Below, piece by piece: positions 1 to 8,288 of a stretch of DNA of 36,806 bases. Below the pieces are notes generated by a model. It made no database searches. It saw nothing but the letters and a program-made list of their open reading frames with translations, and was not told where the DNA came from. Both the position numbers and the translations under genes were made by a program. How positions within the stretch are numbered: position 1 is the first letter of the stretch; the number at the start of each line of letters is the position of its first letter. This DNA comes from Methanomassiliicoccales archaeon (lineage in GTDB: Archaea > Thermoplasmatota > Thermoplasmata > Methanomassiliicoccales > Methanomethylophilaceae). The stretch lies in assembly GCA_900767505.1 (NCBI GenBank), contig CAAFZG010000061.1, positions 1 to 36,806 on the forward strand. The letters are read 5' to 3'.

Positions 1-1146
1 CGGGGCGTGAAGGGTTCCGCCGCCACATTGCCAAACATAAGCGTCCAATCCTCTCGCCCTAAAGAAATTGGCACATGTGCCTCCCCCTACACCGACGGCA
101 GAGGGCTTGTTGCCTGTGACGAACTGCACGGCATCCCTCAATGCGATGAATCCCGTACTGTCGGTCGAGGACGGTTTTCCGGATTCGTGCCTCTGGATCT
201 CACTCACACAGATCTTCGCACCTGTCTTCTCCTCGTACTTCGCCGCAAGTTCGCGTGCGATGACGATGACATCATCTATGTGATACGCCGGAAGCAGCCT
301 TATGTCCATGGAGAACTCATCATAACCGGGGATGGTGTTGAGATTCTCGACCGTTGCGGGCCTCTTCGTAGGCTCGAAAGTGGACATGTGGGGAAGGTAG
401 ATGTCATCTGTCCTGCAGAACTTCTCCTCCAGAACATGAATCAGTTCGGCAAGATAGTATGTCGATACCCTGTAAGCGTTGATTCCGAGATCCGGAGTGG
501 AACCATGGGTGGTCTTCCCTTCGAAAGTGAAGTTGAGCCATACCAGATGCTTCTCCGACACCTCTATCTCCGATCCTCCGGGAGAGCCCCAATCTGGAAC
601 GATTATGACATCATCCTCTTTGAAGAACCCCTTGTCGAGCAGGTATTCGATGCCCATCCTGCTTGTGGTCTCCTCATCGGCCACATAGACGACACCCATG
701 GACATACCGTTGAGTTCCTCGCCGAGCCATGATCTCGAGGCGAAAAGAGAGGATATTATGGATTGCCCGTTGTCCTCCGTTCCCCTTCCGTACACCTTCC
801 CGTCACGGTAGACGGGATCGAACGGAGGAGTGTCCCAAAGATCGGGATCTCCGGCCGGAACGACGTCCATGTGGGCGACGACCCATACGGTTCCGTTCTT
901 CTTCCCCCTTTTCACAGCAACTATGTTAGGTCTGAGCACTGTCGGATCGGTCTCGTCGGGAACGTCCAATCTGGTGATGGAATCGAATCCTTTGAGACGT
1001 GTCATAAGAAAATCCGCTTTCTCTCCCTCTCCGACCCCGCCGTTGACCGGGGCCAATGCAGGGAAACGGATCATCTCAACCATTGTTTCTGCCATCTCGT
1101 CGACAGAAGCATCAATCAACTCCAACGCCTGCTCCAATGACCTCAT
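1..1146 (-). CDS. M20-family metallo-hydrolase (DapE/ArgE-like), 3' end runs off the window
   Basis: Hand translation from ATG 1146 (not in ORF track): MRSLEQALELID...AHMDVVP...YGRGTEDNG...ADEE...THGSTP...GGGTCA...HAP. These are M20 metal-binding motifs; no in-frame stop was found in the hand translation. Confidence 0.9.
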   Translation of the reverse strand, partial: MRSLEQALELIDASVDEMAETMVEMIRFPALAPVNGGVGEGEKADFLMTRLKGFDSITRLDVPDETDPTVLRPNIVAVKRGKKNGTVWVVAHMDVVPAGDPDLWDTPPFDPVYRDGKVYGRGTEDNGQSIISSLFASRSWLGEELNGMSMGVVYVADEETTSRMGIEYLLDKGFFKEDDVIIVPDWGSPGGSEIEVSEKHLVWLNFTFEGKTTHGSTPDLGINAYRVSTYYLAELIHVLEEKFCRTDDIYLPHMSTFEPTKRPATVENLNTIPGYDEFSMDIRLLPAYHIDDVIVIARELAAKYEEKTGAKICVSEIQRHESGKPSSTDSTGFIALRDAVQFVTGNKPSAVGVGGGTCANFFRARGLDAYVWQCGGGTLHAP

Positions 1147-1248
1147 GATACCGGAATCCCATACATAGTTGATAAAAATACCAGGCAATCCGAACGGATC
1201 GCCTGGAAGGTTTCAGAGGTCCGATACGCGATCGGACCTGAATTCAGA

Positions 1249-2427
1249 TCATTCGCTGCGGATGATCATCGTGGCCGCGTTACCGCCGCCGATACAGAAC
1301 GTCGCCAGTCCTGTCTCCTTCTTCCTGTCCTTGAGTGCGTACAGGAGCGTGGTCAGGACGCGTGCGCCGGAGCATCCGAGGGGATGACCGATGGCCAGAG
1401 CGCCACCGTTGACGTTGAATATGTCCTCGGGGACGTTCAGTGCCTTCCTGACGGCGCAGGACGCTGTGGCAAAGGCCTCGTTGTGCTCGAAGAGGTCGAT
1501 ATCATCGATCGTCATTCCGGCCTTCTTGAGGACGTGCTCGGTTGCGGGTATGGGTGCCTCCATGATGTACTCAGGCTTGACACCTCTCTCACCATATGCG
1601 ATGATGGATGCCATCGGCTTGAGTCCGTGCTCCTCTGCCCATTTCCTGGATGTGATCACCAGGGACGAAGCTCCGTCGCTGAGCTGCGAGGAGTTTCCGG
1701 CAGTCACGATTCCGTCCTTCTTGAACACGGGTTTGAGCTTGGCAAGGGATTCGACTGTGGAATCGGCCCTTACTCCCTCATCAGTGTCGACGATGATGTC
1801 TCCCTTCTTGGAGGGGATCGTGATCGGAACGATCTCGTCCTTGAACTTGCCTGCCTCTATGGCAGCGGCAGCCTTCTGGTGGGACTGTGCGGAGATGAGA
1901 TCTGCATCCTCCCTTGTGACATCGAACCTCTCGGCGACTGTCTCTGCGGTGAGACCCATGTGCTCGTTGTTGTAGATGTCCCAAAGACCGTCGTGGACCA
2001 TTGAATCAACGGCGACCTGGTTGTTCATCTTGTAACCCCACCTTGCTCCGGGAAGGAGGTAAGGAGCGTTCGACATGCTCTCCATTCCTCCGGCGACGAT
2101 GGTGTTGTACTCCCCGGCCTTGATGGCATCGGCGGCGAGCATGACGGATTTCATTCCGGATCCGCAAACGAAATTGACTGTGAAAGCACCGATCTCCATA
2201 GGAAGACCTGCCCCTACGGCAGACTGCCTGGCAGGGTTCTGGCCGAGTCCGGCGCTCAGAACGTTACCCATGATGCATTCTTCAACATCGGTAGACTGGA
2301 TGTTCGCCCTGCGAACGGCCTCTTTGACAGTTATTGCTCCGAGATCAGTGGCTTTGATACCTGCAAGGGCCTTTCCGTATTTCCCGACAGGAGTTCTCAC
2401 TGCACTAACGATGACTACCTCATCCAT
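1249..2427 (-). CDS. Acetyl-CoA C-acetyltransferase (bacterial-type thiolase)
   Basis: 392 aa; VCGSG active Cys, NEAFA, GHPLGCSG and CIGGG motifs. Confidence 0.95.
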   Translation of the reverse strand: MDEVVIVSAVRTPVGKYGKALAGIKATDLGAITVKEAVRRANIQSTDVEECIMGNVLSAGLGQNPARQSAVGAGLPMEIGAFTVNFVCGSGMKSVMLAADAIKAGEYNTIVAGGMESMSNAPYLLPGARWGYKMNNQVAVDSMVHDGLWDIYNNEHMGLTAETVAERFDVTREDADLISAQSHQKAAAAIEAGKFKDEIVPITIPSKKGDIIVDTDEGVRADSTVESLAKLKPVFKKDGIVTAGNSSQLSDGASSLVITSRKWAEEHGLKPMASIIAYGERGVKPEYIMEAPIPATEHVLKKAGMTIDDIDLFEHNEAFATASCAVRKALNVPEDIFNVNGGALAIGHPLGCSGARVLTTLLYALKDRKKETGLATFCIGGGNAATMIIRSE

Positions 2428-2475
2428 GGTTTATCCCTGTAGTGTCAATCGGAGGTCTGTATAAAAGATTGTCGA

Positions 2476-3801
2476 TTATAATATACGACCATTGACGAAC
2501 TCCACAGGTTGCGTCAATCCCATCCTCTTGAGAGGTTTGGAAAGATGGCGACGGGCCGCCGTAGGCGGTTCGTACCATCCGGGGACTATCTGTCTGGATA
2601 TCTCCTTGAGGATCGGTTCATAGGATTTGGTCCCGCATTTCTTGCATTTGTACTTCTGACCCTTCCCGGTGGATTTCATCGTACGGGAACATATCGGACA
2701 GACAGGATTGGAGATCTTGATGAATTCCTTCTCGACGGAGATGACATGGATCTTCTCGATGTTGAGCGTACGGGGCTCATCCCTGAGTTCACCCAGAATC
2801 TCAACTTTGTCGCTGGGATGCAACCAATCCAAAGTATAGCGGAATTCCTTGGAAGGCTCGTATGCTCCGCATGTGACCTTTCCGAACATCGTATCGATAT
2901 CGATGAAGACATGCCCTCCGGTTATATGACGGGAATAAGAGGAAACGGTCCCTTTGATGGAATATGACTGATTCGGGATCAATTCGGTCGGATTGTGGAT
3001 TATATGGTCATCAGTTCCCTGATTGGTCAGGAATACGAACCATCTGTCGATCGGTTCGGTGGAGATCTTCGATGATGCTTCTATGAGATCTGATTCCACA
3101 TCCCCTCTGAGACCGTACATGACTGGACACGGCGTGGCGGGTATCATCGCCACCTTCTGCATCCTGTCCTCCCAGCTGTTGAATGTCGTAGGGTATGAAT
3201 GCTCTACATACTCGATCGTCTGCGGATCGAAGATGCGCTGAGTTCCCCATCTCGATTCAGGTCTGTATGAGAGCAGCTCAAAGGTTGTGTCGCGCGGACG
3301 CCATGCCATGCCGCATGTGCATCCGATCAGACCGCGGCCGTTGCCGATCGTATAGATGATGCCTCCGATGCGTTCGATCTCTGCATCGATGACAGAACGG
3401 TCCATTATGGTCCTGACACCGTTCCAATAGAACGACTGAGATGGTTTGCGATACGATATCAACAATCCCGGATCGGCATCATCCTCGTGATGGGCTTGAA
3501 TGTGCGGGATGATCCTGTCCCTCATCATGTACGGATCGGGTTCGAATGATGTGCATGAATCATAGCAATACACATCTCTGTCGGAAAAACGACCTATGAA
3601 ACGTTTAGGTCCTTTACCTTTTCCGAATCTGAGGACCAAAGAACCGTTCCCGCGCGTCTTCCAAGGTGTGGCCGGATTCAATCTGACGAGTCTCGGATTC
3701 CCGATCAGGTCCAAATCGGAGAATTCGCGTATGATCTCTGTCGCAAGAAAGGTCGTGCAGTTACCTTTCATCGAATCCGTATCGTCCACTGCTACATACA
3801 T
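2476..3801 (-). CDS. tiaS: tRNA(Ile2) 2-agmatinylcytidine synthetase
   Basis: DDTDS..G.CTT, P.LVRLNP..PWKTRGNG, NQGTD.H, OB fold, CxxC...CxxC ribbon and RRHLSKPL; start set at ATG 3801. Confidence 0.95.
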   Translation of the reverse strand: MYVAVDDTDSMKGNCTTFLATEIIREFSDLDLIGNPRLVRLNPATPWKTRGNGSLVLRFGKGKGPKRFIGRFSDRDVYCYDSCTSFEPDPYMMRDRIIPHIQAHHEDDADPGLLISYRKPSQSFYWNGVRTIMDRSVIDAEIERIGGIIYTIGNGRGLIGCTCGMAWRPRDTTFELLSYRPESRWGTQRIFDPQTIEYVEHSYPTTFNSWEDRMQKVAMIPATPCPVMYGLRGDVESDLIEASSKISTEPIDRWFVFLTNQGTDDHIIHNPTELIPNQSYSIKGTVSSYSRHITGGHVFIDIDTMFGKVTCGAYEPSKEFRYTLDWLHPSDKVEILGELRDEPRTLNIEKIHVISVEKEFIKISNPVCPICSRTMKSTGKGQKYKCKKCGTKSYEPILKEISRQIVPGWYEPPTAARRHLSKPLKRMGLTQPVEFVNGRIL

Positions 3802-3836
3802 AGACAATCGCACCAAGGTCAATCACACTGATAACA

Positions 3837-4133
3837 TTACGGGTCTTCGTTATCGAGATCGATCATCTTCGAAACGAAGAATATGGAACCGTCCTCGGAA
3901 AAGGATCCGTTCAATCCATAATATCCGAGATGAACCGGTTCCGTATATGAGAAACATTTCTGATGGATTCCGGAACTGGTCTGCAGGAGAAACATGAAAC
4001 CGGAGGACGTCTGATCGATGTCATAGACTATGCCCGTGCAATCGAAAGAGTCCTCATCAGAGAACGTGACGAATATCGCTGCGACGACCACTATACAGAC
4101 TGCTATTGTGACATATCCGTGAGAATTCCTCAT
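3837..4133 (-). CDS. Hypothetical membrane-anchored protein (98 aa)
   Basis: N-terminal hydrophobic helix followed by a short beta-rich domain; co-oriented upstream of tiaS. Confidence 0.65.
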   Translation of the reverse strand: MRNSHGYVTIAVCIVVVAAIFVTFSDEDSFDCTGIVYDIDQTSSGFMFLLQTSSGIHQKCFSYTEPVHLGYYGLNGSFSEDGSIFFVSKMIDLDNEDP

Positions 4134-4191
4134 CGGATGATGGTTTTATGATGAATATATTAAAAGAGGAGGGTAGGAGTTACGCTGCGAG

Positions 4192-4220
4192 CCCCCCCCA
4201 CCCCTCCATTTCCACTGCAA
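4192..4220 (-). promoter_or_regulatory. Origin recognition box (ORB) with G-string
   Basis: Minus strand TTGCAGTGGAAATGGAGGGGTGGGGGGGG; 24 bp identical to the inverted copy at 5953-5976; resembles the archaeal ORB consensus. Confidence 0.9.
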
Positions 4221-4247
4221 AAAGAAAATGGTATGTGTGTTCGAAAA

Positions 4248-4328
4248 TCAGCTTCCGAGAACGTAGAGAACGCCGATAAAAGCGATGATTCCGAGAACAC
4301 AAGCTCCGATTACAAGCCAACCTTTCAT
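4248..4328 (-). CDS. 26-aa single-TM micro-protein MKGWLVIGACVLGIIAFIGVLYVLGS
   Basis: ATG..TGA ORF, GGAGTG SD 7 nt upstream, TTTTATAA box at 4371-4378(-); codons (ATC, GGA, CTC, TAC) resemble the highly expressed atp genes. Confidence 0.7.
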   Translation of the reverse strand: MKGWLVIGACVLGIIAFIGVLYVLGS

Positions 4329-4688
4329 TATTAGACACTCCAGTGAAATTGAAACTGTATTTACATCGACTTATAAAAGCTACTGATACGAGCGAAAGTC
4401 AGGAAAGGGAACGATCTCAATTTCGATTAATTGCAGAAGAAGGGTGGAAACAATAGGATGAAGAAGATTTAAACGTCATCCTACCAATGAAATTGTTGAA
4501 TGTTCAGACAATCGAAATTTTTGATGAATATATTTACAACCAAACTTCTGGTTGTAAATTTTCCACCCTTTATCTACAATTGAAAAATATTCATCGGAAG
4601 AAAAATGATAGTACAATTTTTATAACAAAAATATTCATAGAGTGGAAATGAGGGTGGAAAAAATAATTTCCACTGCAGAGGTTCAATA

Positions 4689-5924
4689 ATGACTGAGGCC
4701 AATATTTTCACACAATACGTCAAAAAAAGAAATGTGATTGTGAAAAACAAAAAGATATTGCAGTCAACATACATTCCTGAATATCTGCCTCATAGAACCG
4801 AGAAGATCAATGAGATCGTGGAAATCATTGCTCCTGCATTAACCAAAGATAAACCATCTAATATTCTCATCTTTGGAAAAACCGGTACCGGAAAAACAGC
4901 TGTCATGAATTTTGTCGGCAGAGAATTGAAGAAAGCTGATGCCGAAAAACACAATTGTGATTTTATCTATGTCAACTGTGAGGTTGTGGACACCACATAT
5001 GGAATGCTCTACAACATTTCCAATCAGATAATAACCGATCCTGCGAAAAGAGTACCTTTCACAGGATGGGGTTTGGATAAGATCCTTGCCGAACTGACAA
5101 GTTACATTGAAAAAGAAGATAAGATCTTCATAATCGTTCTGGATGAGATCGATCGTGCGTTCCAGAAGAATGGTGATGATATCTTCTATTATCTGACAAC
5201 TATCAATGAGGTTCTTCAGAATTCCAAAGTCTCGATTATCGGAATCACAAACAATGTCAATTTCACAGAACTGCTCGGACAAAGAGTAAAAAGCAGACTC
5301 GGTGAAGAGAAGATCGTTTTCCCTCCTTACAATGTCGAACAGCTTCAGGATATTCTCTATGCAAGAGCGAAAGAAGCATTCGATGACGGAATCCTCGATG
5401 ATGATGTGATCCCATACTGTGCAGCTCTTTCCGCACAGGAGATGGGAGATGCGAGAAGGGCTTTGGATCTTCTCAGATTGGCAGCCGATTTCGCTGAAAG
5501 GAATGGAGATGCACATATTACCGGAGCACATGTCCGTTATGCGAAGAACAAGATCGAATTGGATGCGGTTTCTGAAGTTGTGAAGACACTTACCATTCAA
5601 TCCAAGATCGTTCTGATGAGTATCATCCGTAACACCGAGAAGGATATGATAGTCATGACAACAGGTGAAGTGTATTCAACTTACAAGTTCATCTGCGAAG
5701 TCATAGGACAGTCCGTTCTGACTCAAAGAAGGGTTGCCGGTCTTATCTCGGAATTGGATATGCTCGGTATAATCCATGCAAGGATCAAATCATTCGGTAA
5801 AGCAGGACGTACAAAGGAGATCGAACTGAGTACTCCCAAAGAGATCATCAATCTCATCAAAAACGATGAATTGTTCTCAAATCCTGATATCTATAAGAGT
5901 AAAAATCAAACAACACTGATCTGA
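4689..5924 (+). CDS. cdc6: Orc1/Cdc6 replication initiator
   Basis: Walker A GKTGTGKT, Walker B IIVLDEID, GDARRALDLL, C-terminal winged helix (TTGEVY...ELDMLG...GRT). Confidence 0.97.
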   Translation: MTEANIFTQYVKKRNVIVKNKKILQSTYIPEYLPHRTEKINEIVEIIAPALTKDKPSNILIFGKTGTGKTAVMNFVGRELKKADAEKHNCDFIYVNCEVVDTTYGMLYNISNQIITDPAKRVPFTGWGLDKILAELTSYIEKEDKIFIIVLDEIDRAFQKNGDDIFYYLTTINEVLQNSKVSIIGITNNVNFTELLGQRVKSRLGEEKIVFPPYNVEQLQDILYARAKEAFDDGILDDDVIPYCAALSAQEMGDARRALDLLRLAADFAERNGDAHITGAHVRYAKNKIELDAVSEVVKTLTIQSKIVLMSIIRNTEKDMIVMTTGEVYSTYKFICEVIGQSVLTQRRVAGLISELDMLGIIHARIKSFGKAGRTKEIELSTPKEIINLIKNDELFSNPDIYKSKNQTTLI

Positions 5925-5948
5925 AAAACAGTGATATCCATTTTTCAA

Positions 5949-5976
5949 GTTCCAGTGGAAATGGAGGGGTGGGGGG
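5949..5976 (+). promoter_or_regulatory. Origin recognition box (ORB) downstream of cdc6
   Basis: GTTCCAGTGGAAATGGAGGGGTGGGGGG, canonical ORB core plus G-string. Confidence 0.9.
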
Positions 5977-5977
5977 C

Positions 5978-6805
5978 TTACCTCTCACACCTTTCCATGT
6001 TTTCCATTTTTTTAGATGCATTTTTCTGATTTTTGTACAGAGAAACAGCATCGAAGACCAACAGAAGCATGAATATCGAGATGAACGACATTATCAGCGA
6101 AGGTATGCTGTTCTCGACATATTTTAGATTGGAACTTCCGTTTATGAACAGTTTTATGCAACCTATCCAGGGAATCTCGAATATCGCAATGGATCTGATG
6201 TCTTCGATTCCTATGGGATGGTCAATAATTCCGACCGTTTGATCGAAGTACGTATTGGAAACGGCATTGTCTCCCATCGTCAGATAGCCGCTCTTCTTGT
6301 TGGTGATGCTGTCGAGATCGATCTTCACGGTTTTTTTAGAAATCGTTATATCCTTCAGTGTCAGGGTTCCTTTGAGATCGTACCAATTGTTCCCGTTATC
6401 GGATTTCCATTCCCCTTTGTAACCCTGAAGTTGCGGAGCACTCCAAGTTCCCGTTTCCGGGTCGTAATCTAACCACAGTATAGCGCGATGGATAACAGGA
6501 TTCTTGTTCTCGCCGCGCTCGTAGATTATTACCGATCCGTAATCTCCGAATGATGAATATCCATCTTGTGTGCCTTCGACATAGCTGTGAATCTTGGTTT
6601 TCGAAGGATCCTGAACGATGACCATATCCCCTGTATCTATGCAGCCCAGTTCTGATTGTGTCTGGTTGTGCTGCATGCTCTGGGACGTGACGACACTGAA
6701 CGGTGAACTGAATCCGGTGTATGCTACCAGTCCTGCGTAGCCTCCGATGAGAATGACTGCGATTGCAGCTAAGGCCATGTAGAATCTGCGGTCGGATCTG
6801 TTCAC
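5978..6805 (-). CDS. Signal peptidase I (S26/Sec11 type)
   Basis: N-terminal TM, VVTSQSM catalytic Ser, GD, PVIHR, TMGDN, C-terminal TM. Confidence 0.88.
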   Translation of the reverse strand: MNRSDRRFYMALAAIAVILIGGYAGLVAYTGFSSPFSVVTSQSMQHNQTQSELGCIDTGDMVIVQDPSKTKIHSYVEGTQDGYSSFGDYGSVIIYERGENKNPVIHRAILWLDYDPETGTWSAPQLQGYKGEWKSDNGNNWYDLKGTLTLKDITISKKTVKIDLDSITNKKSGYLTMGDNAVSNTYFDQTVGIIDHPIGIEDIRSIAIFEIPWIGCIKLFINGSSNLKYVENSIPSLIMSFISIFMLLLVFDAVSLYKNQKNASKKMENMERCER

Positions 6806-6947
6806 GTCGTTCTGTACTTTTTTACTTTCTTAAAGTACTTTCTAGGGAAGATTCGCACAATTATGGAATCTATAGGGATCACAGATGATTGTATGGATGA
6901 TTTTCATACGATATATCCATCCATCTTCTGTGTTCCCATTGTTTTGG

Positions 6948-7292
6948 TCAATATAATAGGAAAAAGAAAAAGAAAAAGAACATTATGGGTATCCAAATCA
7001 CCGTTCCTATTATGCTCCATACAAGGGCATGGATCGTAGGATTTTTTGTGTACGGACCATCATTTCCGTTGTAGATCAGTACCGCGATGATAACGCCGAT
7101 GACTCCGAATAACAACCCCAGTACGAACGGGATGGCAGTTGATGGTTCCTTTGGTGCCCGATCGTAAGCAGGAGCAGTTGAGGTATATGAAGAGCCAGAA
7201 TCATACGAATGGTTGGATTCAGTTCTCTTTCCGCATCCCGGACAGAATGTCGCACCGTATGGAAGTTCGTTTCCACAATGCTGGCAGTACAT
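6948..7292 (-). CDS. Zinc-ribbon domain membrane protein
   Basis: MYCQHCG...FCPGCG followed by two TM helices; start 7292 preferred, 7319 possible. Confidence 0.8.
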   Translation of the reverse strand: MYCQHCGNELPYGATFCPGCGKRTESNHSYDSGSSYTSTAPAYDRAPKEPSTAIPFVLGLLFGVIGVIIAVLIYNGNDGPYTKNPTIHALVWSIIGTVIWIPIMFFFFFFFLLY

Positions 7293-7389
7293 GTTGTTGT
7301 GATTCACTTGTTTTTTCATAAAGTTATTCTTCGTTGCTTTCAGTTCATTTTGAGGTTAGTATGATATACTATCTGTAGTATGATCATCT

Positions 7390-7848
7390 ATGGAAAGACC
7401 CAGTTCCGATGAATATTTCATGGACATGGCCAGATTGGTATCCACAAGATCCACATGTCTCAGGAGGAAGGTCGGAGCCGTCATCGTGATGGACAAACGT
7501 GTTCTTTCTACAGGATACAACGGTTCTCCCAGAGGGACCCGTCATTGCGAGGAACTCGGTTGCATACGCGTTCAGATGAACGTCCCTTCCGGCACTCGTC
7601 ATGAATTGTGCAGAGGGGTCCATGCCGAACAGAACGCGGTCACACAGGCTGCATATTTCGGCGTGAGCGTCAACGGAGCCTCGATCTACACGACCACATT
7701 CCCATGCTCCATGTGTGCCAAGATACTCATAAACGCAGGCATAAAGGAGATAATCTACGACGAGGGGTATGTGGACGATCTTTCAAAACAGTTGTTGGAT
7801 GAGACGGACATAAAAGTACGTGAATTCCATCCGAAGAACAAATTGTGA
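7390..7848 (+). CDS. dCMP deaminase (ComEB-like)
   Basis: RSTC.RR.VGA, TGYNG, HAEQNA and PCxxC. Confidence 0.92.
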   Translation: MERPSSDEYFMDMARLVSTRSTCLRRKVGAVIVMDKRVLSTGYNGSPRGTRHCEELGCIRVQMNVPSGTRHELCRGVHAEQNAVTQAAYFGVSVNGASIYTTTFPCSMCAKILINAGIKEIIYDEGYVDDLSKQLLDETDIKVREFHPKNKL

Positions 7849-7955
7849 AAATCCTTCTCCTTTTCAGGCCATTCCCGCTTTTTTATAATTATTATAGGGA
7901 TTAGGATTAAGTACACCTCCTAGAATACGTCAAGCAGGGTCGGGGAGTGTTAAAT

Positions 7956-8288
7956 TTGAGCCGAACTGACATACTTTCGGAAATAAAGAAAGCGGAGGCG
8001 GATGCTGATGCTAAAGTCGTCAAGGCTGAGGCAGACAAAAAATCCGCAATCGCTGAGGCTCGCAGAGATTCTGTGAAGAAGATTCAGGACGCTGAGGCTC
8101 AGATGCGCAGCTCTTACGAATCCGCCGTTGCCAAAGAGATGGAGACGCTTACAGCGAAGCGTAACGATATGCTTGCCGAAGGCAAAGCTACCGCCGCTGG
8201 AATCGAATCCAAATCCGAGGCAAGAATGCAGGAAGTTAGAGACTATCTCAACAAAGAATTCGAGAGGACCCTAAATGTCACTTCCTGA
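7956..8288 (+). CDS. atpH: A1AO ATP synthase subunit H (peripheral stalk)
   Basis: Charged coiled coil, first gene of the operon; likely TTG start after GGGGAGTG SD. Confidence 0.85.
   Translation: MSRTDILSEIKKAEADADAKVVKAEADKKSAIAEARRDSVKKIQDAEAQMRSSYESAVAKEMETLTAKRNDMLAEGKATAAGIESKSEARMQEVRDYLNKEFERTLNVTS

Larger units (their letters stand above)
4192..4688. other. Replication origin oriC region (ORB, mini-ORBs, AT-rich candidate DUE)
   Basis: AT-rich intergenic DNA upstream of cdc6. AGGGTGGAAA occurs at 4441-4450(+), 4560-4569(-) and 4651-4660(+); GAGTGGAAATG near 4640(+); TGCAGTGGAAAT at 4666-4677(-). Confidence 0.85.

Noticed and set aside
7..1168. Plus-strand ORFs 7..732, 763..1140 and 830..1168
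   Set aside because: Antisense shadows of the minus-strand M20 hydrolase, which carries the family motifs
6959..6980. (AAAAAG)3 repeat giving a poly-Phe C-terminus, possible phase variation
   Set aside because: Hexamer unit preserves frame and lies at the end of a TM helix, so little switching potential
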